A stretch of DNA of 64,000 nucleotides. It comes from a virus. The translations under genes and the position numbers were made by a program. Shown here piece after piece: positions 49,578 to 57,014 of the stretch. Position 1 is the first letter of the stretch, and every line of letters starts with the position of its first letter. Under the pieces are notes generated by a model that was not told where the DNA came from, did not search any database, and saw nothing but the letters and a program-made list of their open reading frames with translations. The stretch lies in IMG/VR virus record IMGVR_UViG_3300017731_000001; one strand, given 5' to 3'.

Positions 49578-50522
49578 ATGCGTAATGAATTCCTTTGGGT
49601 TGAAAAATACCGACCCAAAACAATTGAAGAATGTATTCTTCCTGAGAATACCAAAGAAACATTTCAAAAGTTCCTAGATAAAGGTGAGATACCTAACATG
49701 CTTCTCGCAGGTCCTGCGGGGTGCGGCAAAACAACGGTAGCAAAGGCACTGTGTAATCAACTGGGAGTAGACTATTATGTCATCAATGGATCGGATGAGG
49801 GACGCTTCCTTGATACTGTCAGAAACAATGCGAAAAACTTTGCTTCGACCGTATCACTTCAAGCAACTGCAAAACACAAAGTCATCATCATTGATGAGGC
49901 AGATAACACAACGAACGACGTACAACTCCTCTTACGGGCGTTTATTGAGGAGTTTAGTAGTAATTGCAGGTTCATCTTTACATGTAACTTTAAAAACCGA
50001 ATTGTCGAACCACTCCACTCAAGATGTGCCGTCGTTGAATTTGGAATCAAAGGAAAAGATAGACAAACAATTGCTGCTCAGTTCTTCAAAAGAATCCAAG
50101 AAATCTTGGGTGCAGAAGGTGTTGAATATGATAACAAGGTCCTGGTAGAATTAATCAACAAGCACTTCCCTGATTGGCGTCGTGTCTTGAATGAGTGCCA
50201 GCGTTATTCTGTAAGTGGAAAGATTGATGCTGGTATCCTTGCTACTTTTTCTGATGTTGCCGTAAATGATCTCCTCAAAAATCTCAAAGAGAAGAACTTC
50301 CCGGAAGTTCGGAAGTGGGTGGTATCTAACATGGATAATGATACTACTGTACTTTTGCGTCGTATTTACGATGCTCTTTATGTTTCCCTTGAAAACAATA
50401 GCGTTCCTGCTGCTGTGCTCGTGCTTGCTAAGTATCAGTATCAGTCGGCATTCGTCGCGGATCAGGAGATAAATATGCTTGCTTGTTTAACCGAAATTAT
50501 GGTTGAATGTGAGTTTAGTTGA
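49578..50522 (+). CDS. gp44: Clamp loader ATPase gp44
   Basis: LWVEKYRP, GPAGCGKTT, IIDEAD and LHSRC motifs. Confidence 0.97.
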   Translation: MRNEFLWVEKYRPKTIEECILPENTKETFQKFLDKGEIPNMLLAGPAGCGKTTVAKALCNQLGVDYYVINGSDEGRFLDTVRNNAKNFASTVSLQATAKHKVIIIDEADNTTNDVQLLLRAFIEEFSSNCRFIFTCNFKNRIVEPLHSRCAVVEFGIKGKDRQTIAAQFFKRIQEILGAEGVEYDNKVLVELINKHFPDWRRVLNECQRYSVSGKIDAGILATFSDVAVNDLLKNLKEKNFPEVRKWVVSNMDNDTTVLLRRIYDALYVSLENNSVPAAVLVLAKYQYQSAFVADQEINMLACLTEIMVECEFS

Positions 50523-50533
50523 GGTAGATTAAA

Positions 50534-50827
50534 ATGATTGATGTAAAACTGCTACGAATTGTGACCGGAGAAGAAGTTATTGCAGAACTTCTATCTGAAA
50601 CAGAAGAAACTATTACAGTCCAAAATGGTCTTGCAGTTCTTCCAACAAATAATGGTGTTGGATTTGCTCCATGGGCAACTGTGATTAGTAAAGAAAACCC
50701 AGAGATTACGATCTCTAAAACTCATCTTGTATATGTTGCAGAAGTCCAAGAGGATGTCTGTAAGAAGTACAATGAAATGTTTGGTAGTAAATTGATTACT
50801 CCAGATTCTAAAAAACTAATTGTATAA
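50534..50827 (+). CDS. Sm-like hypothetical protein
   Basis: VKLLRIVTGEEVIAE...FAPW...Y--MFGS pattern; GAGG SD. Confidence 0.7.
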   Translation: MIDVKLLRIVTGEEVIAELLSETEETITVQNGLAVLPTNNGVGFAPWATVISKENPEITISKTHLVYVAEVQEDVCKKYNEMFGSKLITPDSKKLIV

Positions 50828-50829
50828 TT

Positions 50830-51021
50830 ATGAAACAAAAGAAACGGTGCCAAGTTAAGTCTAAGTTCTACTATATCTTTTGGGGAACTGCTACACTATC
50901 AGTTTTATTCGGACAACTATATGTTGGAACTGGATATCGTGTATTACATGATGATATGCGAGAACTATTGAATAATGTTGATGGCGTTCTTCTTCGTGCG
51001 GATGAACCGAACTACCTATGA
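50830..51021 (+). CDS. Small membrane-anchored hypothetical protein
   Basis: Single hydrophobic segment; coupled to the next ORF. Confidence 0.6.
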   Translation: MKQKKRCQVKSKFYYIFWGTATLSVLFGQLYVGTGYRVLHDDMRELLNNVDGVLLRADEPNYL

Positions 51022-51254
51022 GTTTTTTAAAAACTGACAAAAGTAATTTAGTTGAACCAAAGGTAAAAACTACTCCCCAAAATGTGGCAGAATCAAACGA
51101 TAGTTTATTTCGTGCTACAATGAATTTACCTAATGCCGCAAAGCATTGTGGTATGACCGAGAAGGAAATGAAACTAACCTTCTGGGAATATTTGAAATAT
51201 AACAAACCTGATTATGAAATCTCTCAAGACTCCCCTCAGGTATCCAGGGGGTAA
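51018..51254 (+). CDS. Hypothetical protein (possible HTH: NLPNAAKHCGMT--EMK)
   Basis: ATGA overlap; ORF track. Confidence 0.6.
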   Translation: MSFLKTDKSNLVEPKVKTTPQNVAESNDSLFRATMNLPNAAKHCGMTEKEMKLTFWEYLKYNKPDYEISQDSPQVSRG

Positions 51255-52110
51255 ATCCCGTGCCTGTGTTAAAATGGATGAGTTTATTCCCGATCTAAGG
51301 GAGTATAATAATTACCATGAACCATTTCTTGGTGGTGGTAGTGTTGCCATTCACATTACAAAAAAATATCCACACTTAGATATCTGGGTAAATGATTTAT
51401 ATGAACCACTCTATAATTTTTGGAGAGTTCTACAGGATGATGGATATAAACTTTATAAGAGACTTCAAGAATTAAAGTCTAGATATCCAGATCGTGGATC
51501 TGCCAAAGGTCTATTTCTTGAGGCAAAAACTGTTGTAAATGATTATGATCAAACCAATTTATTTCGTGCTTGTGCTTTTTACGTTGTTAACAAGTGCTCT
51601 TTTTCTGGTCTCACTGAGTCCTCATCCTTTAGTGCCCAAGCATCTGATTCAAACTTCTCAATGCGAGGCATAGAAAAACTACAAGGATATACGAAAATAA
51701 TTAAAGATTGGAAAATTACTAATCTTAGTTATGAACAACTCCTCACTGATGATAAGGAGTGCTTTACTTATCTTGATCCTCCATACGATATTAAAAGTAA
51801 TCTTTATGGGAAAAAGGGAAGTATGCATAACAAATTCAATCACGATGATTTTGCCACTGATTGTGATAGATTTATTGGACCTCAACTCATATCTTATAAT
51901 TCATCTCAATTAGTCAAAGATCGTTTTCAAGGATGGGAAGTGGGAGAGTTTGATCTTACCTATACGATGAGGTCTGTGGGTGAGTATATGCGTGAGCAAA
52001 AAGATAGAAAAGAACTTCTTCTTATGAACTATGATAAGAAGTCAAAAATAAAACCTGTATTTGAAGAGTGTTATAATTTCTCCAAGTTGAAGAAAGAGGG
52101 GTTGGTATGA
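51214..52110 (+). CDS. dam: DNA adenine methyltransferase (D12 class)
   Basis: TPLRYPGGKS, EPFLGGGS and YLDPPY motifs. Confidence 0.93.
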   Translation: MKSLKTPLRYPGGKSRACVKMDEFIPDLREYNNYHEPFLGGGSVAIHITKKYPHLDIWVNDLYEPLYNFWRVLQDDGYKLYKRLQELKSRYPDRGSAKGLFLEAKTVVNDYDQTNLFRACAFYVVNKCSFSGLTESSSFSAQASDSNFSMRGIEKLQGYTKIIKDWKITNLSYEQLLTDDKECFTYLDPPYDIKSNLYGKKGSMHNKFNHDDFATDCDRFIGPQLISYNSSQLVKDRFQGWEVGEFDLTYTMRSVGEYMREQKDRKELLLMNYDKKSKIKPVFEECYNFSKLKKEGLV

Positions 52111-53033
52111 GTAAATCGATGCGGGAAAAATTAGATAATCTTCGCCAAAGAAAAAACAAAGACTACCAAAATATTGTTTATTACTCATACAAAATGAGTA
52201 TTCATGAGCATATTAATAATCATGAATTAAAACGTTTAGAACATAGCATTAAATCGTTGAGAGAATTTAACAATGAGATATGTGTTTATTTGTTCTGTGA
52301 TGATCATAATTTTATCTCACCAGATTTTTGCTCAAACTATGATGTAAATTTTAGATCTTTTGTGGATGGATTTGACCATGATATGTTGAGTGCCTGGTCA
52401 ATTCACAGATGGTATAATCTTAAATATTTTGAAGGTAGATCCTGTAATATTCTTTATCTTGATTCTGATACTATTTTTTATGATGACCCTCAGTATCTTT
52501 TTGACACCTATTGTCATCGTGATGTGTATGGTAGAGAAGAGTTTGGATTCCGACATGACCCCAATACAGGTGGCGGTAGGGGCATCAGAGAGTCCTTAGA
52601 TAAGGTAGATGCTGCCATCTATGATCTAGGGGGAAAGCGTGAGGTTTATAAGTATTGCCTAGGTGTGATATTGATGAATAATAATTTTCACGATCAAATC
52701 ATTGACCGTCTTGATGAACTCACTAAACTGATGCAACTCTTTAAATTTAGTGAAGAGTTGATGCCAATTCCAAATCCACGAATTGTTGATCAGTATGCTG
52801 TATGGATTATCTTTAGTCGCCTTGAATTGGTTGGTGACATGTTTGCCACTCAAGATGTGACTATGGGATTCAAGGAACAAAAGCACGAAGAATTTTTTAA
52901 TCCTGTCGTTCTTCATTATACAACAAAAGGTGAGCAGGGACTTGCCGAGTCTGATGAGAAGTATGCTAATCTTATTAGAGATACTGACGAGTTAGGCGCA
53001 GAAATAGACCCTTATAGTATGATTTTATCATGA
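52107..53033 (+). CDS. GT-A fold, GT8-like glycosyltransferase
   Basis: SIKSLR, LYLDSDT (DxD), LGVILMN, DQ and VLHY motifs in GT8 order; ATGA overlaps at both ends. Confidence 0.6.
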   Translation: MSKSMREKLDNLRQRKNKDYQNIVYYSYKMSIHEHINNHELKRLEHSIKSLREFNNEICVYLFCDDHNFISPDFCSNYDVNFRSFVDGFDHDMLSAWSIHRWYNLKYFEGRSCNILYLDSDTIFYDDPQYLFDTYCHRDVYGREEFGFRHDPNTGGGRGIRESLDKVDAAIYDLGGKREVYKYCLGVILMNNNFHDQIIDRLDELTKLMQLFKFSEELMPIPNPRIVDQYAVWIIFSRLELVGDMFATQDVTMGFKEQKHEEFFNPVVLHYTTKGEQGLAESDEKYANLIRDTDELGAEIDPYSMILS

Positions 53034-53413
53034 CCGAATTAAAAGATTGGCTCAATTCCATTAATCAAACAAAGAAGCATTTGATTGATGAAGACCCCTT
53101 AGTTGAAAAAGAATATCCTCCTTATATTGTCAACCGTTGTTTCTCCGGACATCTTGATGCAATTATGTTTGCAAACGAGATGAACAAGTATCATTTCCTC
53201 CCAAAGAAGATGCAGTATGATTTTATGCTAAATAGTCTGAGGAAAAAGAAGAGGTTTTCTCCCTGGCTCCGAAAAGATAAAATCAAAGATCTTGATTATG
53301 TCAAACGTTATTATGATTATAATAATGAAAAGGCACAACATGCTTTGAAGATCCTAACAACAGAACAACTTAATTTTATTAAATCAAAATTTGATACTGG
53401 AGGAACAAGATGA
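53030..53413 (+). CDS. gp62: Clamp loader small subunit gp62
   Basis: WLNSIN, YPPYIVNR, ANEMN and QYDF motifs; upstream of regA. Confidence 0.93.
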   Translation: MTELKDWLNSINQTKKHLIDEDPLVEKEYPPYIVNRCFSGHLDAIMFANEMNKYHFLPKKMQYDFMLNSLRKKKRFSPWLRKDKIKDLDYVKRYYDYNNEKAQHALKILTTEQLNFIKSKFDTGGTR

Positions 53414-53850
53414 GTGTGGTTCAAGAGCCTATTGTGAAATGGTCGCCGGAGCAGATGGTTGAAGTGGTTCTTGGAGAACCTGATGACTTTCTCAAAGTAA
53501 GAGAAACACTGACAAGAATTGGTGTTGCATCAAGAAAAGAAAAAAAGATTTATCAATCTTGTCATATTCTTCATAAACAAGGTCGTTATTATCTTGTGCA
53601 TTTTAAAGAACTCTTTGCACTAGATGGTAAACACGCTAATATTACAGTTAATGATGTCCAACGACGTAATCGTATTGCTCAATTACTTGCTGATTGGGGT
53701 CTTATTAGCATCGTTAGTGCTGATAAAATACAAGATATTGCTCCACTGAATCAGATTAAGGTTCTTTCTTATAAAGATAAGCAAGACTGGATTCTTGAGA
53801 CCAAATACAATATTGGGTCGAAGAAGAAAAGGACAGAAGAAACCGAATAA
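53410..53850 (+). CDS. regA: Translational repressor RegA
   Basis: DDFLKVRETLTRIG and QSCHILHKQGRYY-VHFKELF motifs. Confidence 0.97.
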   Translation: MSVVQEPIVKWSPEQMVEVVLGEPDDFLKVRETLTRIGVASRKEKKIYQSCHILHKQGRYYLVHFKELFALDGKHANITVNDVQRRNRIAQLLADWGLISIVSADKIQDIAPLNQIKVLSYKDKQDWILETKYNIGSKKKRTEETE

Positions 53851-53857
53851 AAAATCT

Positions 53858-53881
53858 ACGGGGTTCACTACCCCGTTTTTT
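53858..53881 (+). terminator. Rho-independent terminator after regA
   Basis: ACGGGGT-TCACT-ACCCCGT stem followed by a T-tract. Confidence 0.88.
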
Positions 53882-53890
53882 ATGCTTTGT

Positions 53891-53898
53891 TATAAATA
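53891..53898 (+). promoter_or_regulatory. Late promoter TATAAATA for hsp20
   Basis: Exact consensus after the terminator. Confidence 0.8.
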
Positions 53899-53900
53899 TA

Positions 53901-53957
53901 TGTGATTGCCTTCGGGGATCACAAAACACAAACTCGCTTTTAAAGGAGCTAAGAATC
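53901..53957 (+). promoter_or_regulatory. Structured hsp20 5' UTR (UUCG hairpin plus SD-occluding hairpin)
   Basis: TGTGATTGCC-TTCG-GGGATCACA, and GCTTT-TAAA-GGAGC covering the SD. Confidence 0.55.
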
Positions 53958-54392
53958 ATGGGAAACCTTGCACGGTATACTGCTGCGGACCTGCCTGCGT
54001 TGATGGAACGCATAAATAGGAATAGCATAGGAATGGATGAATACTTTGATAGGTTGTTTAATCTCCACGAAACAACGAAGAATTATCCGCCATTTAATCT
54101 AGTCACGGTCAGCGCAGTAGAATCAAGACTAGAACTTGCACTTGCAGGATTTAAAAAGAAAGAAGTAAATGTCTACACACAAGACGGAAAACTCTTTGTC
54201 GAAGGACAGAAAGAGGATACCGAATCAGAAACCACTTATGTCCACAGAGGAATGGCTCAACGATCTTTCACCAGATCTTGGACATTGGCAGAGGACACGG
54301 AAGTTAGATCAGTTGAATTTGAGGATGGGTTGTTAAGTATTGTTCTGGGAAGAATTGTACCTGAACATCATCAAAAGAAAGTCTGGTTTTGA
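53958..54392 (+). CDS. hsp20: Small heat-shock protein Hsp20 (IbpA-like)
   Basis: NYPPFNL, ELALAGF, HRG-AQRSF-R and DGLL motifs. Confidence 0.95.
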   Translation: MGNLARYTAADLPALMERINRNSIGMDEYFDRLFNLHETTKNYPPFNLVTVSAVESRLELALAGFKKKEVNVYTQDGKLFVEGQKEDTESETTYVHRGMAQRSFTRSWTLAEDTEVRSVEFEDGLLSIVLGRIVPEHHQKKVWF

Positions 54393-54417
54393 TACCCTAA
54401 CTGATTTTTGCTGCGGT

Positions 54418-54480
54418 TGATACAGAAGTGTATCACTATGATACACTATACTCTATATAATTATGTAATCGATTAGGAGG
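54418..54480 (+). promoter_or_regulatory. Promoter with TGATAC/GTATCA inverted half-sites, TATAAT and AGGAGG SD
   Basis: TGATAC 54418, GTATCA 54430, TGATAC 54439, TATAAT 54456, AGGAGG 54475. Confidence 0.6.
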
Positions 54481-54485
54481 CATCA

Positions 54486-54569
54486 ATGAACTTCACTACC
54501 ACTGCCTTAGCAGCTGGAACTCTAATGACTATTTTTATTGGAGTTCCCATTACTACATTTGTTTCTTAG
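54486..54569 (+). CDS. 27 aa hydrophobic micropeptide
   Basis: Perfect SD 5 nt upstream; MNFTTTALAAGTLMTIFIGVPITTFVS. Confidence 0.65.
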   Translation: MNFTTTALAAGTLMTIFIGVPITTFVS

Positions 54570-54572
54570 TAT

Positions 54573-54647
54573 ATGGAAATCTTAGCAACCTTTGTCATTT
54601 TTGGCGCAGTAATGAGTGGAGCATTTGCACTTACCCCTAAAAAATAA
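54573..54647 (+). CDS. 24 aa hydrophobic micropeptide
   Basis: MEILATFVIFGAVMSGAFALTPKK, starting 3 nt after the previous stop. Confidence 0.55.
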   Translation: MEILATFVIFGAVMSGAFALTPKK

Positions 54648-54650
54648 ATA

Positions 54651-54657
54651 CTAAATA
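54651..54657 (+). promoter_or_regulatory. Late promoter CTAAATA
   Basis: Preceded by a second AATAAATA; no ORF before the next terminator. Confidence 0.6.
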
Positions 54658-54661
54658 AAAC

Positions 54662-54724
54662 TGAATATCGTCGTCGCAGACGGAGGGGTAACTGGCAAAA
54701 TCCAGTTAATGCCCCTCTTTTTTT
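54662..54724 (+). ncRNA. Candidate ~60 nt late small RNA
   Basis: Lies between a late promoter and a terminator; hairpins CGTC-GCA-GACG and GAGGGG-TAACTGG-loop-CCAGTTA-CCCCTC-T7. Confidence 0.45.
54683..54724 (+). terminator. Rho-independent terminator
   Basis: 13 bp interrupted stem followed by T7. Confidence 0.85.
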
Positions 54725-54728
54725 GTAT

Positions 54729-54735
54729 CTAAATA
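54729..54735 (+). promoter_or_regulatory. Late promoter CTAAATA
   Basis: Directly after the terminator; AGGAG SD and ATG 54756 follow. Confidence 0.6.
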
Positions 54736-54755
54736 TCAACGTTAGTGAGAGGAGT

Positions 54756-55070
54756 ATGCTATCTACTCAGTATAGATTAAAATTAGAGTTTATCTGTAAA
54801 TGTATCGCAAATAATGAAGATGTAAAATTAGATGATATGATCTGGGCACAGAAACTTGCTAAGGCAAATACATCTGCTAATGAGATGTTAAAAATGGCGA
54901 GACGCCAAGCATCACAAAATATCGAAGAAGGTAGCACAGACGATTTTCTGAATAGGATGGGTTTAGGGGATCCCGATCCATCCAACCATAAGAAGGGATT
55001 CACTGATGCTGACGATATTAAGGATTGGTTCCACACTGACAAACCTGATGATTGGAGGCAAAGAGATTAA
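54756..55070 (+). CDS. Conserved cyanophage-type hypothetical protein (MLSTQYRL...PDDWRQRD)
   Basis: ATG with an SD is preferred over the TTG at 54723. Confidence 0.75.
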   Translation: MLSTQYRLKLEFICKCIANNEDVKLDDMIWAQKLAKANTSANEMLKMARRQASQNIEEGSTDDFLNRMGLGDPDPSNHKKGFTDADDIKDWFHTDKPDDWRQRD

Positions 55071-55246
55071 TGCCAAGTGAATTTGATTACGTTGAAGCAC
55101 CTACTGAAGGTGAAGTTGATAAGTGGGGATTTACAATTAAACCTTCTATCAGTGATAATGAATTGATTATTATATGTTTAAAAAACGCTCCTTGTGGATC
55201 TGACAAGAAACAAGTTGAACGATTAATCAAAAATTATGAAAAATAA
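55070..55246 (+). CDS. Hypothetical protein
   Basis: TAATG coupling; MPSEFDYVEAP... Confidence 0.6.
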   Translation: MPSEFDYVEAPTEGEVDKWGFTIKPSISDNELIIICLKNAPCGSDKKQVERLIKNYEK

Positions 55247-55379
55247 AAAACCGGATTATGTGTGTGTCACGACATGGAATCCCATGTTTGAATGTATGCG
55301 CTATCATTGGGTTCACAAGTCCGAAAAGGATCCTGTGCAATTTGTAAAAAATCTCAACCCCGATGAGGTGCTTTTTTGA
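55236..55379 (+). CDS. Hypothetical protein (47 aa)
   Basis: Translated by hand (MKNKKPDYVCVTTWNP...); fills the gap and overlaps both neighbours. Confidence 0.55.
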   Translation: MKNKKPDYVCVTTWNPMFECMRYHWVHKSEKDPVQFVKNLNPDEVLF

Positions 55380-55669
55380 AACAACTATTTGTAGTTAATA
55401 CTGGTGACAATGAATGCGTCACTCATGATGGATATATTCAGATTGGCATCTTCAATCACTCTGCGGAAAAGCATCTGGAGTTAAATCCTACTATTGATTG
55501 GCAAGTAACTTATTGGATGCCAGACGTCTGGGCAAATAGATATAAGAGAGTATCATTTCAACATACTGAAAAAATGAACGAAGGTTCACCTAGAACTGAT
55601 AATGCGTTGGATAGTCGTCCTAGAGACTTTCCAGATCAACCAACCGAAAGATTGGAGAGAACATTATGA
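55376..55669 (+). CDS. Hypothetical protein (TTG start)
   Basis: TTGA overlap; GAGG upstream. Confidence 0.6.
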   Translation: MKQLFVVNTGDNECVTHDGYIQIGIFNHSAEKHLELNPTIDWQVTYWMPDVWANRYKRVSFQHTEKMNEGSPRTDNALDSRPRDFPDQPTERLERTL

Positions 55670-55788
55670 AGATGTGGGAGACAAAATGTGTTGGGTGTGG
55701 TAAAATGGTTCCAGCGAATCAAGCACCTGATGGTAGTTGGACAAATTCGCTATGTAAACCTTGCTGGATAAAGAAGAACAATGGATAA
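55666..55788 (+). CDS. 40 aa zinc-finger micro-protein
   Basis: CVGC...CKPC; ATGA overlap; GGAG SD. Confidence 0.6.
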   Translation: MKMWETKCVGCGKMVPANQAPDGSWTNSLCKPCWIKKNNG

Positions 55789-55954
55789 AATTGATACGCA
55801 GGGAATGAGTCTTCCTGGTAAATCAAAGAAACCAAGTAGTTACGATCCTATGCCAGTAAAGCACCGTACAATCTTCACGCCAGAAGAACGTATTGAGTTG
55901 AAGCAGATTATCAACGAAGCACTTGATGAGAGAGAAAAAAATGAAGCATTATAA
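55781..55954 (+). CDS. Hypothetical protein (57 aa)
   Basis: Translated by hand (MDKIDTQGMSLPG...EREKNEAL). Confidence 0.55.
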   Translation: MDKIDTQGMSLPGKSKKPSSYDPMPVKHRTIFTPEERIELKQIINEALDEREKNEAL

Positions 55955-56114
55955 TAACTATTACGTCAAGTTTGACGATGATGAATTGCGACAGATCTTG
56001 AAAGAGATTAGTAACGAAGAAGTGAAAGTAAGAATAAGGAGTGCATTGGGAGAGACTGTTGATCCCATAGATAAGTTCCATGCAACTATCGCATATTATA
56101 ATAATGAAGTTTAA
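55941..56114 (+). CDS. Hypothetical protein
   Basis: ATG 55941 within the ORF-track frame. Confidence 0.5.
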   Translation: MKHYNNYYVKFDDDELRQILKEISNEEVKVRIRSALGETVDPIDKFHATIAYYNNEV

Positions 56115-56385
56115 AGCACTTGTATTTGTTCGTTTGAGGTCACAGGTTGATGACTCTCCTGGTAATGCTGTGAGAGATGCCTGTAAGCGATTGTCTGAGT
56201 TAGATATTAAAAAACTTAGATTGGGTAAAGTGATTGATGTTTGGTTAGAAGCAGAGACCAGAGAGTATGCCGAGAAGGAACTTGAAATGCTCTCTGATAG
56301 ATTTCTTGCCAACACAGTCATGGAAGACTGGGACTATGAACTAACTGAGATTGAAAACTTTCCCAAAGGTATTGACAATGGATGA
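56104..56385 (+). CDS. purS: Phosphoribosylformylglycinamidine synthase subunit PurS
   Basis: V-VRLR-QVDDSPG-AV, LRLGKVI and LANTVMEDW motifs, matching the PurS DPxG, R-GK and LANPV-E-Y pattern. Confidence 0.85.
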   Translation: MKFKALVFVRLRSQVDDSPGNAVRDACKRLSELDIKKLRLGKVIDVWLEAETREYAEKELEMLSDRFLANTVMEDWDYELTEIENFPKGIDNG

Positions 56386-56581
56386 TTTTAACGCACCAGG
56401 ATCTAATAAGATAGGACTCACTCCTGTATTCAAAGATTTTGTAGTTAATTTACAGATAGATAATGTAGTGAAGATCTTAGATGCTAAGATCGAACGTTGT
56501 AATGTATACAATAGTGATAATCGAGATGAAGTATACAAACAAATAACTATTACATACAAAGAAAAACCATGCAAGCAGTAA
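56378..56581 (+). CDS. Hypothetical protein
   Basis: ATG 56378 in the ORF-track frame; overlaps neighbours. Confidence 0.55.
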   Translation: MDDFNAPGSNKIGLTPVFKDFVVNLQIDNVVKILDAKIERCNVYNSDNRDEVYKQITITYKEKPCKQ

Positions 56582-56805
56582 TTTATAGTAACGGTAGTCA
56601 AGAGTGTGAGCGTATAGCAGCACTCTTAAGAGCATTAGATGGGGAGTTTTTGGAATATAATCTCAATGAACACTTCACTCAAAGAGCATTTGAAGCAGAA
56701 TTTGGATCCGAAGCAACATATCCACAGGTCTCTATTGGTGCCAAGCATCTTGGTAATATGCACGATACACTTCATTATATGAGCGACAAAGGTATGCTTG
56801 TTTAG
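56569..56805 (+). CDS. Glutaredoxin-like protein with a single Cys (SQEC)
   Basis: VIYS---QEC, TYPQV and HLG Grx-fold motifs. Confidence 0.7.
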   Translation: MQAVIYSNGSQECERIAALLRALDGEFLEYNLNEHFTQRAFEAEFGSEATYPQVSIGAKHLGNMHDTLHYMSDKGMLV

Positions 56806-56806
56806 C

Positions 56807-56835
56807 TTGACAAACTTTTAGTTATCCTTTATAAT
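56807..56835 (+). promoter_or_regulatory. Consensus sigma70 promoter
   Basis: TTGACA-17 nt-TATAAT, a perfect match. Confidence 0.85.
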
Positions 56836-56855
56836 GAAAATCTGCATAAACCACA

Positions 56856-57014
56856 ATGGCAAAGAAAAAACACACAAATAAATCTGGAGACACCTTTGAG
56901 TGGGAAGAAACTGATGAGGTTCGTAAAGCAATAGAAAAATTGCATGAAGACATTCGCAGAAGGAAATTGAAAGAACAAGATGACAAACTGAACTATGATA
57001 CAGGAGGAAAATGA
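56856..57014 (+). CDS. Hypothetical protein (52 aa, MAKKKHTNKSGDTFEWEE...)
   Basis: Translated by hand; after the promoter; ATGA overlap with the next gene. Confidence 0.65.
   Translation: MAKKKHTNKSGDTFEWEETDEVRKAIEKLHEDIRRRKLKEQDDKLNYDTGGK

Noticed and set aside
54486-54647. Micropeptides as PetM/PetN/Psb subunits
   Set aside because: Only size and hydrophobicity match; I recognised no diagnostic residues.
54662-54724. Assignment to known cyanobacterial/cyanophage RNA motifs (glnA, Downstream-peptide, wcaG, manA) or to tRNA
   Set aside because: Sequence and fold do not match what I can recall; an Rfam search is needed.
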